Assembly (NCBI GenBank): GCA_902523675.1 | Contig: CABZAL010000005.1 | Coordinates: 6,867 to 70,866, forward strand | DNA: 64,000 bases | From: an uncultured Alphaproteobacteria bacterium | Lineage (GTDB): Bacteria; Pseudomonadota; Alphaproteobacteria; Methylaequorales; Methylaequoraceae | Direction of reading: 5' to 3' | In this document: positions 38,172 through 49,551 of the stretch, one piece after another | Layout of the letters: each line of letters begins with the position of its first letter | Numbering within the stretch: the stretch's first letter is position 1 | Notes under the pieces: model-generated | Told to the model about the DNA's origin: nothing | Database searches by the model: none | Seen by the model: the letters and a program-made list of their open reading frames with translations, nothing else | Program-made: the position numbers and the translations under genes

Positions 38172-39973
38172 ATTTGTTTTGTTTGGTTTAAAAGCCATCT
38201 CTGTTCACTTTTCGACAAAAGGTTTTTTAATGTTTTATATACAAACTGGTGATAGGTGTTCAACCACATAATTTGATTTGAATTCATTATCTTTTTGTTA
38301 ATTAATTTTTTTTGAAAAGGAACTAGTGTTAAAGGCTCAAACATAAGAAATTTTTTATTAGTTGATTTTGTAATTAGCACCAAGTTTTCTAATCTAATTC
38401 CATATTTTTTTTCTTCATAGTATCCCGGTTCTATAGAAACTATCATCCCTGGCTTCAAAATTGTGTTATTGGTTCCTCTTGATATACTTTGAGGACCCTC
38501 ATGAACACTTAAAAAAGATCCAACACCATGTCCAGTTCCATGAGCATAATCTTTAAAATTTTCCCATAAAGCAATTCGCGCAATAGCATCAATTTGAGAG
38601 CCTTTAGTATCGTCAGGGAATTTTAGTGAAGTTAAATCGATGTGTCCAATTAAAACCCTTGTATAAATATCTTGAAATTCTTTTAAATATTTTGTTTTCT
38701 CTCCAATTAACACTGTCCTTGTTACATCGGTGGTCCCATAAGTATATTGTCCTCCTGAATCACATAAATATAGTTCACCTTTTTGTAATAGTTTAGAATT
38801 TTGTTCTTGTGGACAATAATGAATAATTGCACCATTTTCTCCAACAGCGGAAATTGTTGGAAAACTTGGTGAAATAAAATTTTTATTTTCTTTTCTTAGT
38901 TCTTCTAGTTTTTTAGAAACGTCAAATTCATTTAGGTTTTTTGTAAAGTCTTGATTCTCTAACCAGTATAAAAACCGCACTAACGCTACTGCATCGTAAA
39001 TATGACATTCTTTAATATTTTTGAGTTCGATATAATTTTTTATTGATCTATGGGATAAACATAAATCGTCTTCCCAAATAATTTTAATTTTACTTGATTT
39101 TAATATATTGAAGAAAAAATAAGGAATGTTTTTTGTTAACATAATTGTCTTATTTTTTGATTCATTAATTAGTTTTGGTTTAATATAATTTTCAGGTAAA
39201 ACCTCTAAATTATAATTTTTCTCGAATTTAACTTTAATGTACTTTTGAATTTTTTTTTCATTAATAAATAAGATATGTTTTTTGTTATTATTAATTAGTA
39301 AATAACTGAATACAATTGGTGTATTATCTAAGTCATCACCTCTTAAGTTTAATAGCCAAGCAATAGATTCTGGTGAAGTAATTAGAACTAAATCCGCCTT
39401 AGATGATGAAAGTTTAATTTGCCTAAGTTTTTCATTAAAAGATAAACCTGTAATTTTTTTTGGTAAAAGGTATACAGAATTTTCTTTAACTGTTATTTTT
39501 CTTTTCCATAAATCATCAATCAAAACTTCATCTTTTATTACAAGTTTACATTTAATTGAGGTACAGAGTGAATCTAATTTTTTGACAAATGAAAAACTAT
39601 TAATCTTACTGTCTATTAAAATCCTTACTTTTTTGTTATCCAAATTAAATTTTATCCATCTAAAAATATTTTCCTTAGATGAATCAAAAATTTTAAAAGT
39701 TTGAGGGAGTTCTTTTTTTGCTTGAGATGTATATCTTCCATCAGTAAAAAAAAGCAATTCGTTTTTTATTATAAACAAAGTGCCTGACGAACCCGAAAAA
39801 TTTGTTAACCACTTAAGTCTTTGATTGAATTCTGGAACATATTCATTTAAATACTCATCGGTTGATGGCAGAATGTATCCATCAAAGTTTCCTTTTTTTA
39901 ATAGTTGTTTTAATAGTGTTATTCTTTTTTCTATTATAATTATTTCCTTTTCTTTAGCACGATAACTGACCAA
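38168..39973 (-). CDS. Xaa-Pro aminopeptidase (aminopeptidase P)
   Basis: DEYLNEY, FSGSSG, DGRY, DSGGQY..GTTDVTRT, HGTGHGVG, EPGYY...GIRLEN. Confidence 0.93.
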   Translation of the reverse strand: MVSYRAKEKEIIIIEKRITLLKQLLKKGNFDGYILPSTDEYLNEYVPEFNQRLKWLTNFSGSSGTLFIIKNELLFFTDGRYTSQAKKELPQTFKIFDSSKENIFRWIKFNLDNKKVRILIDSKINSFSFVKKLDSLCTSIKCKLVIKDEVLIDDLWKRKITVKENSVYLLPKKITGLSFNEKLRQIKLSSSKADLVLITSPESIAWLLNLRGDDLDNTPIVFSYLLINNNKKHILFINEKKIQKYIKVKFEKNYNLEVLPENYIKPKLINESKNKTIMLTKNIPYFFFNILKSSKIKIIWEDDLCLSHRSIKNYIELKNIKECHIYDAVALVRFLYWLENQDFTKNLNEFDVSKKLEELRKENKNFISPSFPTISAVGENGAIIHYCPQEQNSKLLQKGELYLCDSGGQYTYGTTDVTRTVLIGEKTKYLKEFQDIYTRVLIGHIDLTSLKFPDDTKGSQIDAIARIALWENFKDYAHGTGHGVGSFLSVHEGPQSISRGTNNTILKPGMIVSIEPGYYEEKKYGIRLENLVLITKSTNKKFLMFEPLTLVPFQKKLINKKIMNSNQIMWLNTYHQFVYKTLKNLLSKSEQRWLLNQTKQI

Positions 39974-40782
39974 TTATTTAAAGATAGCTTAAAAAGCATA
40001 ACAAAATTATAAGAATAATAAACACTGTACAAAAAATTAATCTGATCTTTAAGAATTCCAGATAATATAACATATCCTCCTGATCGAACTTTATTTGAAA
40101 TTTGGTTTGCAATTTTTATAATTGGTTTTAATAAAATATTACAGACTATCAATTCAAATGATTTTTTTCTAATTACATGATGTTTAAGACCGTTAAATCT
40201 AAAATTTTTACAGTTATTTAATCCATTTTTTTTCATATTTTCACCAAAATTTACAATGGAGGCAGAATCAATATCACAGGATAGTATTTTAGATTTTGTT
40301 AATTTTGCGAGAACAAATGAGAGAATACCTGTACCTGTACCCAGATCAAAAAAAGAATAAAATTTTTTTTTTTTTATTAATTTTTCAATTGCCAAAACTG
40401 CCAAAATCGTAGACTCATGTTGCCCGGTACCAAAGCTATTAGCAGCAGGAATGGTAAGTTTATATTTTTTTTTTTTCTTCAAATGTGAGTTTAAACCTTG
40501 AGAAATTTGAAAAAATTGAGTGTTGATTATTTTCTCATTTTTTTGATTGTGATTAATCCAGTTAGCTTTGATTTTGTTGATTTTAGAATCGATTTTGTAA
40601 ATTTGCTTTAATTTTTCTCTACAACTTTCCAAAGTTGCTTTTCGATGGTTAAGAATGGTAATCTCCCAATATTTTTTTTTTTTAAACCATGAAATATTTT
40701 TTAATTTTGAAATAAAAATTAAAATTTTTTCTAAATTCTGTCTACTTACTTCAAATCTTAATTCAAATAAACTACTGTCCAT
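39940..40782 (-). CDS. prmA: Ribosomal protein L11 methyltransferase
   Basis: SFGTGQHEST, DLGTGTGIL, CNIL, LSGIL. Confidence 0.8.
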   Translation of the reverse strand: MDSSLFELRFEVSRQNLEKILIFISKLKNISWFKKKKYWEITILNHRKATLESCREKLKQIYKIDSKINKIKANWINHNQKNEKIINTQFFQISQGLNSHLKKKKKYKLTIPAANSFGTGQHESTILAVLAIEKLIKKKKFYSFFDLGTGTGILSFVLAKLTKSKILSCDIDSASIVNFGENMKKNGLNNCKNFRFNGLKHHVIRKKSFELIVCNILLKPIIKIANQISNKVRSGGYVILSGILKDQINFLYSVYYSYNFVMLFKLSLNNWSVIVLKKRK

Positions 40783-42928
40783 ATTTTTTTATAAAATCAC
40801 TGAATATATTCACCACATTATTTTGATTTTCAAATCTGATTTGTAACTTTTCACCATTAACACCAAGAATTTGACCTTGACCAAATTCATCATGAAATAC
40901 TTTATCACCTATATTAAACTTTTCATTTTGATATCTTTGATCTTTATAATTTATTTTTTTGTTAGAGTAGTTATCATTTATGGCTAAAACCTCGCAACTT
41001 TTTTTTGGTAGTTCCGTTAAAAATCTTGATGGAATTGTTCTATACAAACTTTGATTATATTGTTTCCGGTAGTTTGCGTATGATATAAATAAAATTTCTC
41101 TAGCCCTAGTTATGCCTACATATGCAAGTCTCCTTTCTTCCTCCAAACCCTGATTACCTTTCTCCTCTACACTTCTTTGATTTGGAAATATATTCTCTTC
41201 CCAACCAGGCAAAAAAACTATCTTAAACTCCAGTCCTTTGGCGCTATGTAATGTCATTAATGAGACTCTCGAGGATTCTTCAGCATTACTTGAATTATCG
41301 ATCACTAAACTAATTTCCTCTAAAAACTCTTTTATTGAACTTCTACTGTCAATATCACCGACAAACTTTTTAATATTTTCAAGTCTACCCTCTGATTCCG
41401 GTGTCTTGTCATTCTGAAGCATTTCAGTATATCCCATATCATCTAACAATGAACCAGCCACGTCTCTATGTTTTAATTTTTTTAATTTGTCTTCGTGTAA
41501 CTCAAAAACAGTTAGAAAGTGTTTAACTTTTAAATCAACACTTTTGCTAAATTTGCCTTCCTCATGAATTTTTTTTAATGAACTATAAGCAGAAATATTA
41601 TTACACTCTGCATATTGATTTATTTTTGAAAGTAAAGCAAGTCCAATTCCTCTTTTTGGAACATTAATAATTCTTTCAAATGCAAGATTATCTTCTTGAT
41701 TAACTAATAATCTTAGATAGGCAATCGAATCCCTGATTTCTTTTCTTTCATAAAATTTCAGACCACCTATAACCTTATATTTAATATTTTCTTTTATAAA
41801 TCTATCTTCAATCTCTTTAAATTGAAAAGTAGCTCTTGTTAGAATCGCAATATCACTAGCATTAAAATTTTTATTCACTAAATTTTCAATTTCTTTTGAA
41901 ATTGTTAATGCTTCAATTTCGTCATCTTCAACGTTTAAAATTTTTACCTTTTTACCACTAGAACCTTGAGTCCATAAATTTTTACCTATTCTTTCTTTAT
42001 TTTCAGATATAATTTCAGACGCTGCTGATAAAATATGACCTGTTGATCTATAATTTTGCTCTAACCTTACAATTTTCGCATTTGGAAAATCTTTTTCAAA
42101 ATTCAAAATATTTTTTAATTGTGCTCCCCTCCATCCGTAAATAGACTGATCTTCATCTCCAACGCAACAGATATTATTATCTTTATTTGTAATTAATCTT
42201 AACAACATATATTGAGCTGTATTTGTGTCTTGATACTCATCAACAAGTATATATTTAAATTTCTTCCTATAAAATTCTAATATCTGAGCATTTTCTCTTA
42301 AAATATTTACCGGTCTCAAGATCAAGTCTCCAAAATCAACAGAATTGTAAGCATTTAAACGATTTTGATACATCTCGTATATTTGACTCAACTTGCCATT
42401 CGAAAAACTCTCAAATTCATGGTTTGAAATTTCGTTATAAGAGTAACCATGATTTTTAAGACTATCGATAAAATAAAGATAATTCTTTGGAATATATTTT
42501 TTTGAATCTAAATCCAATAAACTAAGAACTTGTTTTATTAATCGTAACTGATCATCGGTATCTAATATCGTAAAATCACTTTTTAAAGAGCATAATTCTG
42601 CGTGTTTTCTCAGAAGTCTAACACCTATGGAGTGAAAAGTTCCAATGTACATACCTTCAACAGGTTTTTTAATAAGACTTTCAACCCTCATTTTCATCTC
42701 AAAAGCAGCTTTATTAGTAAATGTTACGGCAAATATTTCATTTGCCCTTGCATTTCTTGTAAAAATTAAATTTGCTAATCGAGTAGTTAATACCTTAGTT
42801 TTCCCAGTTCCTGCACCCGATAAAACTAGTATTGGGCCATCTTCGTGCAAAACTGCTTGCTTTTGCTCACTATTTAGATTTTTCAAAAAATCTAATTCGG
42901 GTAAATGAACTTTCTCTAGCTCATTCAT
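40772..42928 (-). CDS. uvrD: ATP-dependent DNA helicase UvrD/PcrA
   Basis: [54 protein letters not shown]. Confidence 0.96.
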   Translation of the reverse strand: MNELEKVHLPELDFLKNLNSEQKQAVLHEDGPILVLSGAGTGKTKVLTTRLANLIFTRNARANEIFAVTFTNKAAFEMKMRVESLIKKPVEGMYIGTFHSIGVRLLRKHAELCSLKSDFTILDTDDQLRLIKQVLSLLDLDSKKYIPKNYLYFIDSLKNHGYSYNEISNHEFESFSNGKLSQIYEMYQNRLNAYNSVDFGDLILRPVNILRENAQILEFYRKKFKYILVDEYQDTNTAQYMLLRLITNKDNNICCVGDEDQSIYGWRGAQLKNILNFEKDFPNAKIVRLEQNYRSTGHILSAASEIISENKERIGKNLWTQGSSGKKVKILNVEDDEIEALTISKEIENLVNKNFNASDIAILTRATFQFKEIEDRFIKENIKYKVIGGLKFYERKEIRDSIAYLRLLVNQEDNLAFERIINVPKRGIGLALLSKINQYAECNNISAYSSLKKIHEEGKFSKSVDLKVKHFLTVFELHEDKLKKLKHRDVAGSLLDDMGYTEMLQNDKTPESEGRLENIKKFVGDIDSRSSIKEFLEEISLVIDNSSNAEESSRVSLMTLHSAKGLEFKIVFLPGWEENIFPNQRSVEEKGNQGLEEERRLAYVGITRAREILFISYANYRKQYNQSLYRTIPSRFLTELPKKSCEVLAINDNYSNKKINYKDQRYQNEKFNIGDKVFHDEFGQGQILGVNGEKLQIRFENQNNVVNIFSDFIKKYGQ

Positions 42929-45584
42929 TATTACTTTTCTTTGGGGAATAACTTAAATATGGACCTAACCATTTTTCTACGTACTCTAGCGAAACGTTCT
43001 TCCTTTTGGAATATTCCATGATTTGATCCTTTCCTAACTTCCCAATACCAAAATACGAAGAATTAGGATTAGAGAAATAAAACCCTGAAACAGAACTCAT
43101 TGGGACCATCGCAAAAGATTCAGTAAGTTCTACCTTTAGATTATTTTTTATTTTTAGTAATTCAAATAAAGTATTTTTTTCTGTATGGTCAGGACAAGCT
43201 GGATAACCTGGAGCTGGTCTAATGCCCACATATTTTTCTTTGATGAGATCGTCGTCGGTTAATTTCTCATCCTTAGAATAACCCCAATACTTTGTTCTAA
43301 CATCTTGATGTAACTTTTCAGCTAAACCTTCAGCAATTCTATCACCCAACGATTTTACCAAAATAGAATTATAATCGTCATTATTTTGTTCAAATTCTTT
43401 TGAAAATTTGTCAATTCCATTTCCTGCTGTAACAACAAAACCACCAAGATAATCAATTTTTCCTGATGCTTTAGGCGCAACAAAATCTGCCAAACACATA
43501 TTAGCTCTTTTTTTTGTTTTTCTTTCCATTTGTTGTCTTAAGAAAAAAAACTTTGCTATAATTTTTTTTCTGGATTCATCTTCATATACCTCAACATCGT
43601 CATCAACTGAATTTACCGGCCAAAAACCAATAACTGCTTTAGGTCTAGTTAATTTTTTTGTATCGAGTATTTTTAACATTTTTTGAGCATCATTCCATAA
43701 CTGTTTAGCAGACTCACCAACAACTTTATCATTCAAAATTTCTGGAAATCTTCCGTATAATTCCCAAGATTCAAAAAAAGGTTTCCAATCAATAAATGGA
43801 GTTATTTCTTTTAAACTTATATTATTTAACACTGTGGTCGAAAACTTTTTTGGTTTAAAAGATTTATGATTATTCCAATCTAGATTCAATTTATTCAATC
43901 TAGAATTTTGAATAGAAAAACTTTCTTTAGTACTATTATTCTTAAAGTAATTACTCCTAATTTCTTCATATTCTCTTTGTATTAGATCTTTAAAAGGTAA
44001 ACTGTTTTTTTTTGAAATAAGTTGTGTTGCTACACCTACTGCTTTTGAAGCATCAGGCACATAAACAACTGCATGATTATAAGCAGGAGAGATCTTAATT
44101 GCTGTATGAATTTTACTAGTTGTTGCTCCTCCAATCATAAGAGGGATTTTTATATTATTTCTTTTAAGTTCACTAGCAACAAAGCACATCTCATCTAAAC
44201 TTGGTGTAATTAATCCTGATAAGCCAATAATATTTACATTTTCTCTAATAGCTGTTTCAATGATTTTTTGAGAAGTAACCATAACACCCAGATCAATTAT
44301 ATCAAAATTATTACATTGTAAGACAACACCAACTATATTTTTTCCAATATCGTGAACATCCCCTTTCACAGTTGCAAGTAGAATCTTACCCTTTGTATTT
44401 TTTTTTTTTACATCATTTTTATCCTCCATAAATGGTAATAAATAACCAACAGATTGTTTCATGACTCTTGCAGATTTAACTACTTGCGGTAAAAACATCT
44501 TGCCAGAACCAAACAAGTCTCCTACCACATTCATTCCGTTCATAAGTGGTCCTTCGATGATATCTAAAGGAGTTTTGTATTTCTGTCTCAAACTTTCTGT
44601 ATCTTTATCTACATAGTCGTTAATACCATTGATCAAGGCATATTCCATTCTTTTATCAATATCTTTTTTTCTCCAAAGACTCTTAGATTTTTTTTTTGTT
44701 TTTTTACCTGAAAATTCATTTGAGACTTCTAATAATCTTTCTGTGGCATTGTTATCTTTATTAAATAACACTTCTTCGATTGCTATTTTCAGTTTTTTGG
44801 GAATTTGTTCGTATATAGTAATCTGACCAGCGTTTACGATGGCCATGTCTAATCCTGCCTTTATTGCATGAAATAAAAAACATGAATGCATGGCTTCTCT
44901 TACCAAATCATTTCCTCTAAAACTAAAAGATACATTTGAGAGTCCTCCTGAAACTTTTGCATTAGGAAGATTTCTTTTAATTAAAATTGTGGCTTCAAAG
45001 AAATCTTTTGCGTAATTATTGTGTTCTTCAAGTCCTGTTGCAACAGCAAAAATATTAGGATCAAAAATAATATCACATGAGGGAAAATTAATTCTTTTTG
45101 TTAATAAGTTATAAGCTCTTTTACAAATCTCAAATTTTCTATCCACATTGTCAGCTTGGCCTTTTTCATCAAAAGCCATCACGATAACTGCTGCTCCATA
45201 TGCTTTGACTAATTCGGCTTTTTCCAGAAAAGATCTTTCTCCCTCCTTTAAGCTAATTGAATTTACAATCGGCTTTCCTTGCACACATTTTAATCCAGCC
45301 TCAATTACAGACCATTTTGAGGAATCAAGCATGAAAGGAACTTTCGCAATTCCAGGCTCAACAGCCAGTAAATTTAAAAACCTAACCATTGCTCTCTCAG
45401 AATCTAATAGACCTTCATCCATATTAATATCAATAATTTGGGCTCCGTTATCTACTTGTTGTTTAGCAATATTGACTGCCTCTTCAAAATTATCTTCCAA
45501 AATTAGCTTCTTAAACTTTGAAGAACCAGTGATATTAGTCCTCTCACCAATGTTAATAAAATTTGTTGTAATTTGTGAATTCAT
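42921..45584 (-). CDS. metH: Cobalamin-dependent methionine synthase: pterin-binding, B12-binding and reactivation domains
   Basis: [40 protein letters not shown]. Confidence 0.95.
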   Translation of the reverse strand: MNSQITTNFINIGERTNITGSSKFKKLILEDNFEEAVNIAKQQVDNGAQIIDINMDEGLLDSERAMVRFLNLLAVEPGIAKVPFMLDSSKWSVIEAGLKCVQGKPIVNSISLKEGERSFLEKAELVKAYGAAVIVMAFDEKGQADNVDRKFEICKRAYNLLTKRINFPSCDIIFDPNIFAVATGLEEHNNYAKDFFEATILIKRNLPNAKVSGGLSNVSFSFRGNDLVREAMHSCFLFHAIKAGLDMAIVNAGQITIYEQIPKKLKIAIEEVLFNKDNNATERLLEVSNEFSGKKTKKKSKSLWRKKDIDKRMEYALINGINDYVDKDTESLRQKYKTPLDIIEGPLMNGMNVVGDLFGSGKMFLPQVVKSARVMKQSVGYLLPFMEDKNDVKKKNTKGKILLATVKGDVHDIGKNIVGVVLQCNNFDIIDLGVMVTSQKIIETAIRENVNIIGLSGLITPSLDEMCFVASELKRNNIKIPLMIGGATTSKIHTAIKISPAYNHAVVYVPDASKAVGVATQLISKKNSLPFKDLIQREYEEIRSNYFKNNSTKESFSIQNSRLNKLNLDWNNHKSFKPKKFSTTVLNNISLKEITPFIDWKPFFESWELYGRFPEILNDKVVGESAKQLWNDAQKMLKILDTKKLTRPKAVIGFWPVNSVDDDVEVYEDESRKKIIAKFFFLRQQMERKTKKRANMCLADFVAPKASGKIDYLGGFVVTAGNGIDKFSKEFEQNNDDYNSILVKSLGDRIAEGLAEKLHQDVRTKYWGYSKDEKLTDDDLIKEKYVGIRPAPGYPACPDHTEKNTLFELLKIKNNLKVELTESFAMVPMSSVSGFYFSNPNSSYFGIGKLGKDQIMEYSKRKNVSLEYVEKWLGPYLSYSPKKSNNE

Positions 45585-46630
45585 CAGTAGCTAAAATTTT
45601 CTAAACCTGACAATTGGAATTTGTTATCCTCAATTTTTGGTTCGCGTGGCTTAATATTTAAAGTTACCTCTTTCATGGATTTTATATGTTCTGGTGTAGT
45701 TCCGCAACAACCACCAACTATATTTAAGTAACCATTTTCTGCCCATTTTTTTGTAAATTTTGCCATGCTTTCAGGTGTTTCATCATATTCTCCGAAAGCA
45801 TTTGGCAAACCCGCGTTAGGATGAATACTAACATACGAACTGCAAATTCTTGATAATACAATCAAATGGGGTTCTAATTCTTTCGGGCCTAAAGCACAAT
45901 TAAGACCAACAATTATTGGGTTCATGTGTTTTATTGAACAATAGAAAGCTTCTAAAGTTTGTCCTGATAGTGTTCTCCCAGACAAATCTGTAATTGTTGC
46001 TGAGAGCATAAGCGGTATTTTAATTTTTAATTTCTTTTCCATTTCGTAAACTGCCATCAATGCTGCTTTAGCGTTTAAGGTATCAAAAATTGTCTCAATA
46101 AGAATTAAGTCTGCTCCACCGTCTAATAAACCTCTCAAGGAAATAGTATAATCCTTTTTGAGGGTATCATAATCAATATTTCTAAATTCTGGGTTATTTA
46201 CATCTGGGGACATTGAACAAGTTCTATTCGTAGGACCTAAAACTCCAGCAACGAACTTCTTTTCCTTATTTTTGTTGTCTTTCATAAACTTGTCCACACA
46301 TTTCTTTGCAATACTTGCTCCTGAAAAATTGAGATCATATGAATGATCTTGACATAGATAATCTTCTTGAGATGTCATAGTCGAATTGAAAGTATTTGTT
46401 TCTATAATGTCACATCCTGATTTCAAATATTCGTGGTGAATATCAAAAATCAAAGAACTTTTTGAGATATTCAAAATATCATTATTTCCTTTAAGAGGCT
46501 TCTTCCAAGTTTTAAATTTTTTCCCTCTAAAATCTGATTCTGTGAGTGGATGTTTTTGGATTATTGTACCCATTGGACCATCAAGAATCAAAATTCTTTT
46601 TTTCAAATTTTCTTTTAAATCATCAATCAT
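45584..46630 (-). CDS. metH: Cobalamin-dependent methionine synthase: homocysteine-binding domain
   Basis: [24 protein letters not shown], ends LSGLENFSY*. Confidence 0.95.
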   Translation of the reverse strand: MIDDLKENLKKRILILDGPMGTIIQKHPLTESDFRGKKFKTWKKPLKGNNDILNISKSSLIFDIHHEYLKSGCDIIETNTFNSTMTSQEDYLCQDHSYDLNFSGASIAKKCVDKFMKDNKNKEKKFVAGVLGPTNRTCSMSPDVNNPEFRNIDYDTLKKDYTISLRGLLDGGADLILIETIFDTLNAKAALMAVYEMEKKLKIKIPLMLSATITDLSGRTLSGQTLEAFYCSIKHMNPIIVGLNCALGPKELEPHLIVLSRICSSYVSIHPNAGLPNAFGEYDETPESMAKFTKKWAENGYLNIVGGCCGTTPEHIKSMKEVTLNIKPREPKIEDNKFQLSGLENFSY

Positions 46631-47492
46631 TTATCTTAATATCCTCCAAACTTCTTATACCTAATATATGGCATATAGCAAACGACAAATCTGCTCTGTT
46701 TAACGTATAAAAATGAAATTCTTTTATTCCTTCTTTTGCAAGTTTCTTACATTGTTCAGCTGATATAGTGGCTGCCACTAATTTTCTTGTTTCAGGATCA
46801 GAATCTAAACCAACAAACATTTCTTTTAACCATGCCGGTATACTACAGTTAGTTGAATTGCAAAATTCGATGGTTTTTTTACAGTCTGTTACTGGAAGAA
46901 TGCCAGGAATAACAGGAATATTGATATTTTTTTTTCTTAATTTATCAAGAAATTCAAAAAAAATATTTGTGTCGAAAAAAAATTGTGTAATCGCTCTCGT
47001 AGCACCTAAATCAATCTTTTTCTGCAGGAAATCTATATCTTGTTCAATTGATCTTGAGTCAGGATGCCCTTCAGGATAAGCAGATACAGTTATTTCAAAA
47101 TCATTTATATTTTTCAAGGTTCTAATTAAGTCAGTTGCATACTTAAGTTCTTCTTTTTTGTGATCAATATCATTAGGAATATCACCTCTGAGAGCAACAA
47201 TGTGTCGAATTCCATCAGACCAGTAGTTTGAAGCTATTTCTTCAATTTCGGAAATTTTAGAACCTATGCAAGTAAGATGAGCTGCTGGAGGAATTTTTGT
47301 TTCTCTTATTATTTTTTTAACTAAATCATGAGTCATTGTTCGTGTTGAACCCATTGCACCATATGTTACAGACACAAATTGAGGGTTTAAAGGCTCTAAT
47401 CTTTTAAGACTATTCCATAGCACGTCAGCCATTCTTTGATTTTTTGGAGGAAAAAACTCAAATGAAACCTTTAATTCTTTTTCTAAGCACAT
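46623..47492 (-). CDS. metF: 5,10-methylenetetrahydrofolate reductase
   Basis: SFEFFPPK, SVTYGA, AHLTC, ALRGD, AITQFFF, HFYTLNR. Confidence 0.96.
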   Translation of the reverse strand: MCLEKELKVSFEFFPPKNQRMADVLWNSLKRLEPLNPQFVSVTYGAMGSTRTMTHDLVKKIIRETKIPPAAHLTCIGSKISEIEEIASNYWSDGIRHIVALRGDIPNDIDHKKEELKYATDLIRTLKNINDFEITVSAYPEGHPDSRSIEQDIDFLQKKIDLGATRAITQFFFDTNIFFEFLDKLRKKNINIPVIPGILPVTDCKKTIEFCNSTNCSIPAWLKEMFVGLDSDPETRKLVAATISAEQCKKLAKEGIKEFHFYTLNRADLSFAICHILGIRSLEDIKIND

Positions 47493-47638
47493 TTTTATTA
47501 CACCAACTCAAAATTATAATTTATAGCCTTAATCAAAAAAAATTACTAAAATGATAAATATTTTTAGAAATTTACATTATTTATTATATAATAAACAAAA
47601 AAAGAATTATTTAAAAAAATTAAGATAATAGATCTTAT

Positions 47639-48550
47639 ATGAATATAAATTTTAAAAATTACAACTATATTATAATTATTATTTTTTGTTTTTTTCTCTT
47701 AGGATGTGCATCAAAAAATACTGAGATAAATTTAATTGACAATAATGACCCATTTGAATCTTCAAATAGAGCAGTATTTGCTTTTAATGAAGATCTAGAT
47801 GAGCTAATATTTAAGCCTGTTGCCAGAGGTTGGAGAAAGATTCCAGATTTTCCTAGAAATAATCTTTCAAATTTAGCTAATACAGCATCTGCTCCATTAG
47901 ATATTGCTAACTCAATTTTACAATTTGATATAGATAGCATTAGAATAACTTTGAGTAGATTTCTAATTAACATGACATTTGGCATTGGAGGCATGTATGA
48001 TGTTGCTAGTACAGAGGAATTTGGAAATATAGAAAAAAGAAGTGAAGATTTTGGTCAAACACTAGCAACATGGGGCATCAAAGAAGGACCTTATGTCGTG
48101 CTTCCAATCTTTGGACCGTCTAATGTAAGAGATGCAATTGGTAGGGGTATGGACACAATTTTCAACCCTGTTACATTTGCTTTTAGAATGAATAATCTTG
48201 GTTTTGAGGCTAGACTTCCCCAACCAGTTGTAAGCGGAGCTTCAACTAGAGAAAAATATATGGATTACATTGATGAAATAAAAAATAGTTCTTTAGATTT
48301 TTACGCCACTATGAGAAGTTTATACAGACAAAAAAGAGTTAAAGATATTGGTAACGGAAAAAAAAAAATCCAAAAAATTAATTATGAAATACCTGGATAT
48401 GAGGATTCATTGTTAACGCAAGAAAGTTTTGAAATAGATGGTAAAAACTTTATCGAAGATTCAGAAAAAAAAAAATCAGATATAAATTCACTACCATCAT
48501 CCCATTATCCGGAATATAATGAAAATAGTACTAATTTATTAACTAATTAA
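47639..48550 (+). CDS. mlaA: Phospholipid-transport lipoprotein MlaA (VacJ)
   Basis: Lipobox LLGC, DPFESSNR, RFLINMTFGIGG, EDFGQTL, GPYVVLP..GPS..RD. Confidence 0.93.
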   Translation: MNINFKNYNYIIIIIFCFFLLGCASKNTEINLIDNNDPFESSNRAVFAFNEDLDELIFKPVARGWRKIPDFPRNNLSNLANTASAPLDIANSILQFDIDSIRITLSRFLINMTFGIGGMYDVASTEEFGNIEKRSEDFGQTLATWGIKEGPYVVLPIFGPSNVRDAIGRGMDTIFNPVTFAFRMNNLGFEARLPQPVVSGASTREKYMDYIDEIKNSSLDFYATMRSLYRQKRVKDIGNGKKKIQKINYEIPGYEDSLLTQESFEIDGKNFIEDSEKKKSDINSLPSSHYPEYNENSTNLLTN

Positions 48551-48551
48551 A

Positions 48552-49151
48552 ATGAAGTTTAAGTATTATATATTTGCGCTATTGTTGGTTCCATTTTTAG
48601 CTAATAGTGCTAGTGGTAATACAAATCTTTCAAAAAGTAGACTTTTCATAGAATCTCTTGGTCAGGAAGTCCTGACCAAGATAGCCGTCAAAAATATCAC
48701 TGAAAAGCAAAGAGAAAAAAATTTCAGAGAACTTTACACTAGAGCTTTTGATAATAATTATATTTGTCAATTCGTATTAGGGCGTCATTGGAAAAAAATT
48801 AATAAAAAGACGCAAGAAGAGTTCGTAAAATCCTTTAATGAATATTTGATAATGATTTATGCTCCTAAATTTAAAGGCTGGAGTGGAAAATTTAAGACAA
48901 TTGATTCTCAGGTTGAAAATAATATGTACGTGGTAGCTATGCAACTAGTCACAAATTCAAATTCCCCTACATCACTTAACTTAGACTGGAGAATGATTTT
49001 GAAAAACAAGGAATTTAAAATTCTTGATGTAAACATTGATGGTGTTAGTATGTTGGTTACACAAAGAGCAGAATTCTCATCAGTTATTAAAAATCATCCC
49101 CTAGGTGTGAAGGGTTTGATAAAACAAATGAATGAAAAAGTAAACTCTTAA
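48552..49151 (+). CDS. mlaC: Periplasmic phospholipid-binding protein MlaC (Ttg2D)
   Basis: FVLGRHW, LDWR, DVNIDGVSMLVTQRAEF. Confidence 0.9.
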   Translation: MKFKYYIFALLLVPFLANSASGNTNLSKSRLFIESLGQEVLTKIAVKNITEKQREKNFRELYTRAFDNNYICQFVLGRHWKKINKKTQEEFVKSFNEYLIMIYAPKFKGWSGKFKTIDSQVENNMYVVAMQLVTNSNSPTSLNLDWRMILKNKEFKILDVNIDGVSMLVTQRAEFSSVIKNHPLGVKGLIKQMNEKVNS

Positions 49152-49240
49152 AAATTATTTCTATAAAAATTGAATTTTATAAAAGAATTAAAGTGGATTA
49201 ATCCCTAGCTATTTTGTTTTATCAAAAAATTGATACTTTT

Positions 49241-49317
49241 TGGTAGGCCCGGAGGGACTTGAACCCCCGACAACACCGTTATGAGCGGTGCGTTCTAACC
49301 AACTGAACTACGGGCCT
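49241..49317 (-). tRNA. tRNA with CAT anticodon, most likely tRNA-Ile2 (lysidine-modified)
   Basis: AGGCCCG/CGGGCCT acceptor stem, caccg-CTCATAA-cggtg anticodon arm, GGTTCAAGTCC T-loop, encoded CCA; lacks the initiator C1:A72 mismatch and GGG/CCC stem. Confidence 0.9.
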
Positions 49318-49551
49318 TTAATTATAAATCATATTATATACATTAAACTTTGCTTATTATAAAGAAAAGTTCTTTTCAAGAACATTTTTTGGCTTAGAAT
49401 ATTTGAATCAATACATGGTAAAATAAGATAGGTTATCTAACTCATAACCAATTGTTGAGACACCGAAAATGCGATTAAATATCTGGTAAAAACCTATATA
49501 AATAGCTCTGCTTTAAGCAGAAAAAATATTAATTGAGAAAAAAATGAGAAA

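Noticed and set aside
47493-47638. SAM or cobalamin riboswitch upstream of metF
   Set aside because: No recognisable SAM-II/V, SAM-SAH or cobalamin consensus by eye; an Infernal scan would be needed to exclude it
49241-49317. tRNA as an island integration site
   Set aside because: No duplicated tRNA 3' end in the window, and both flanks are core genes (mlaC, rpoD)
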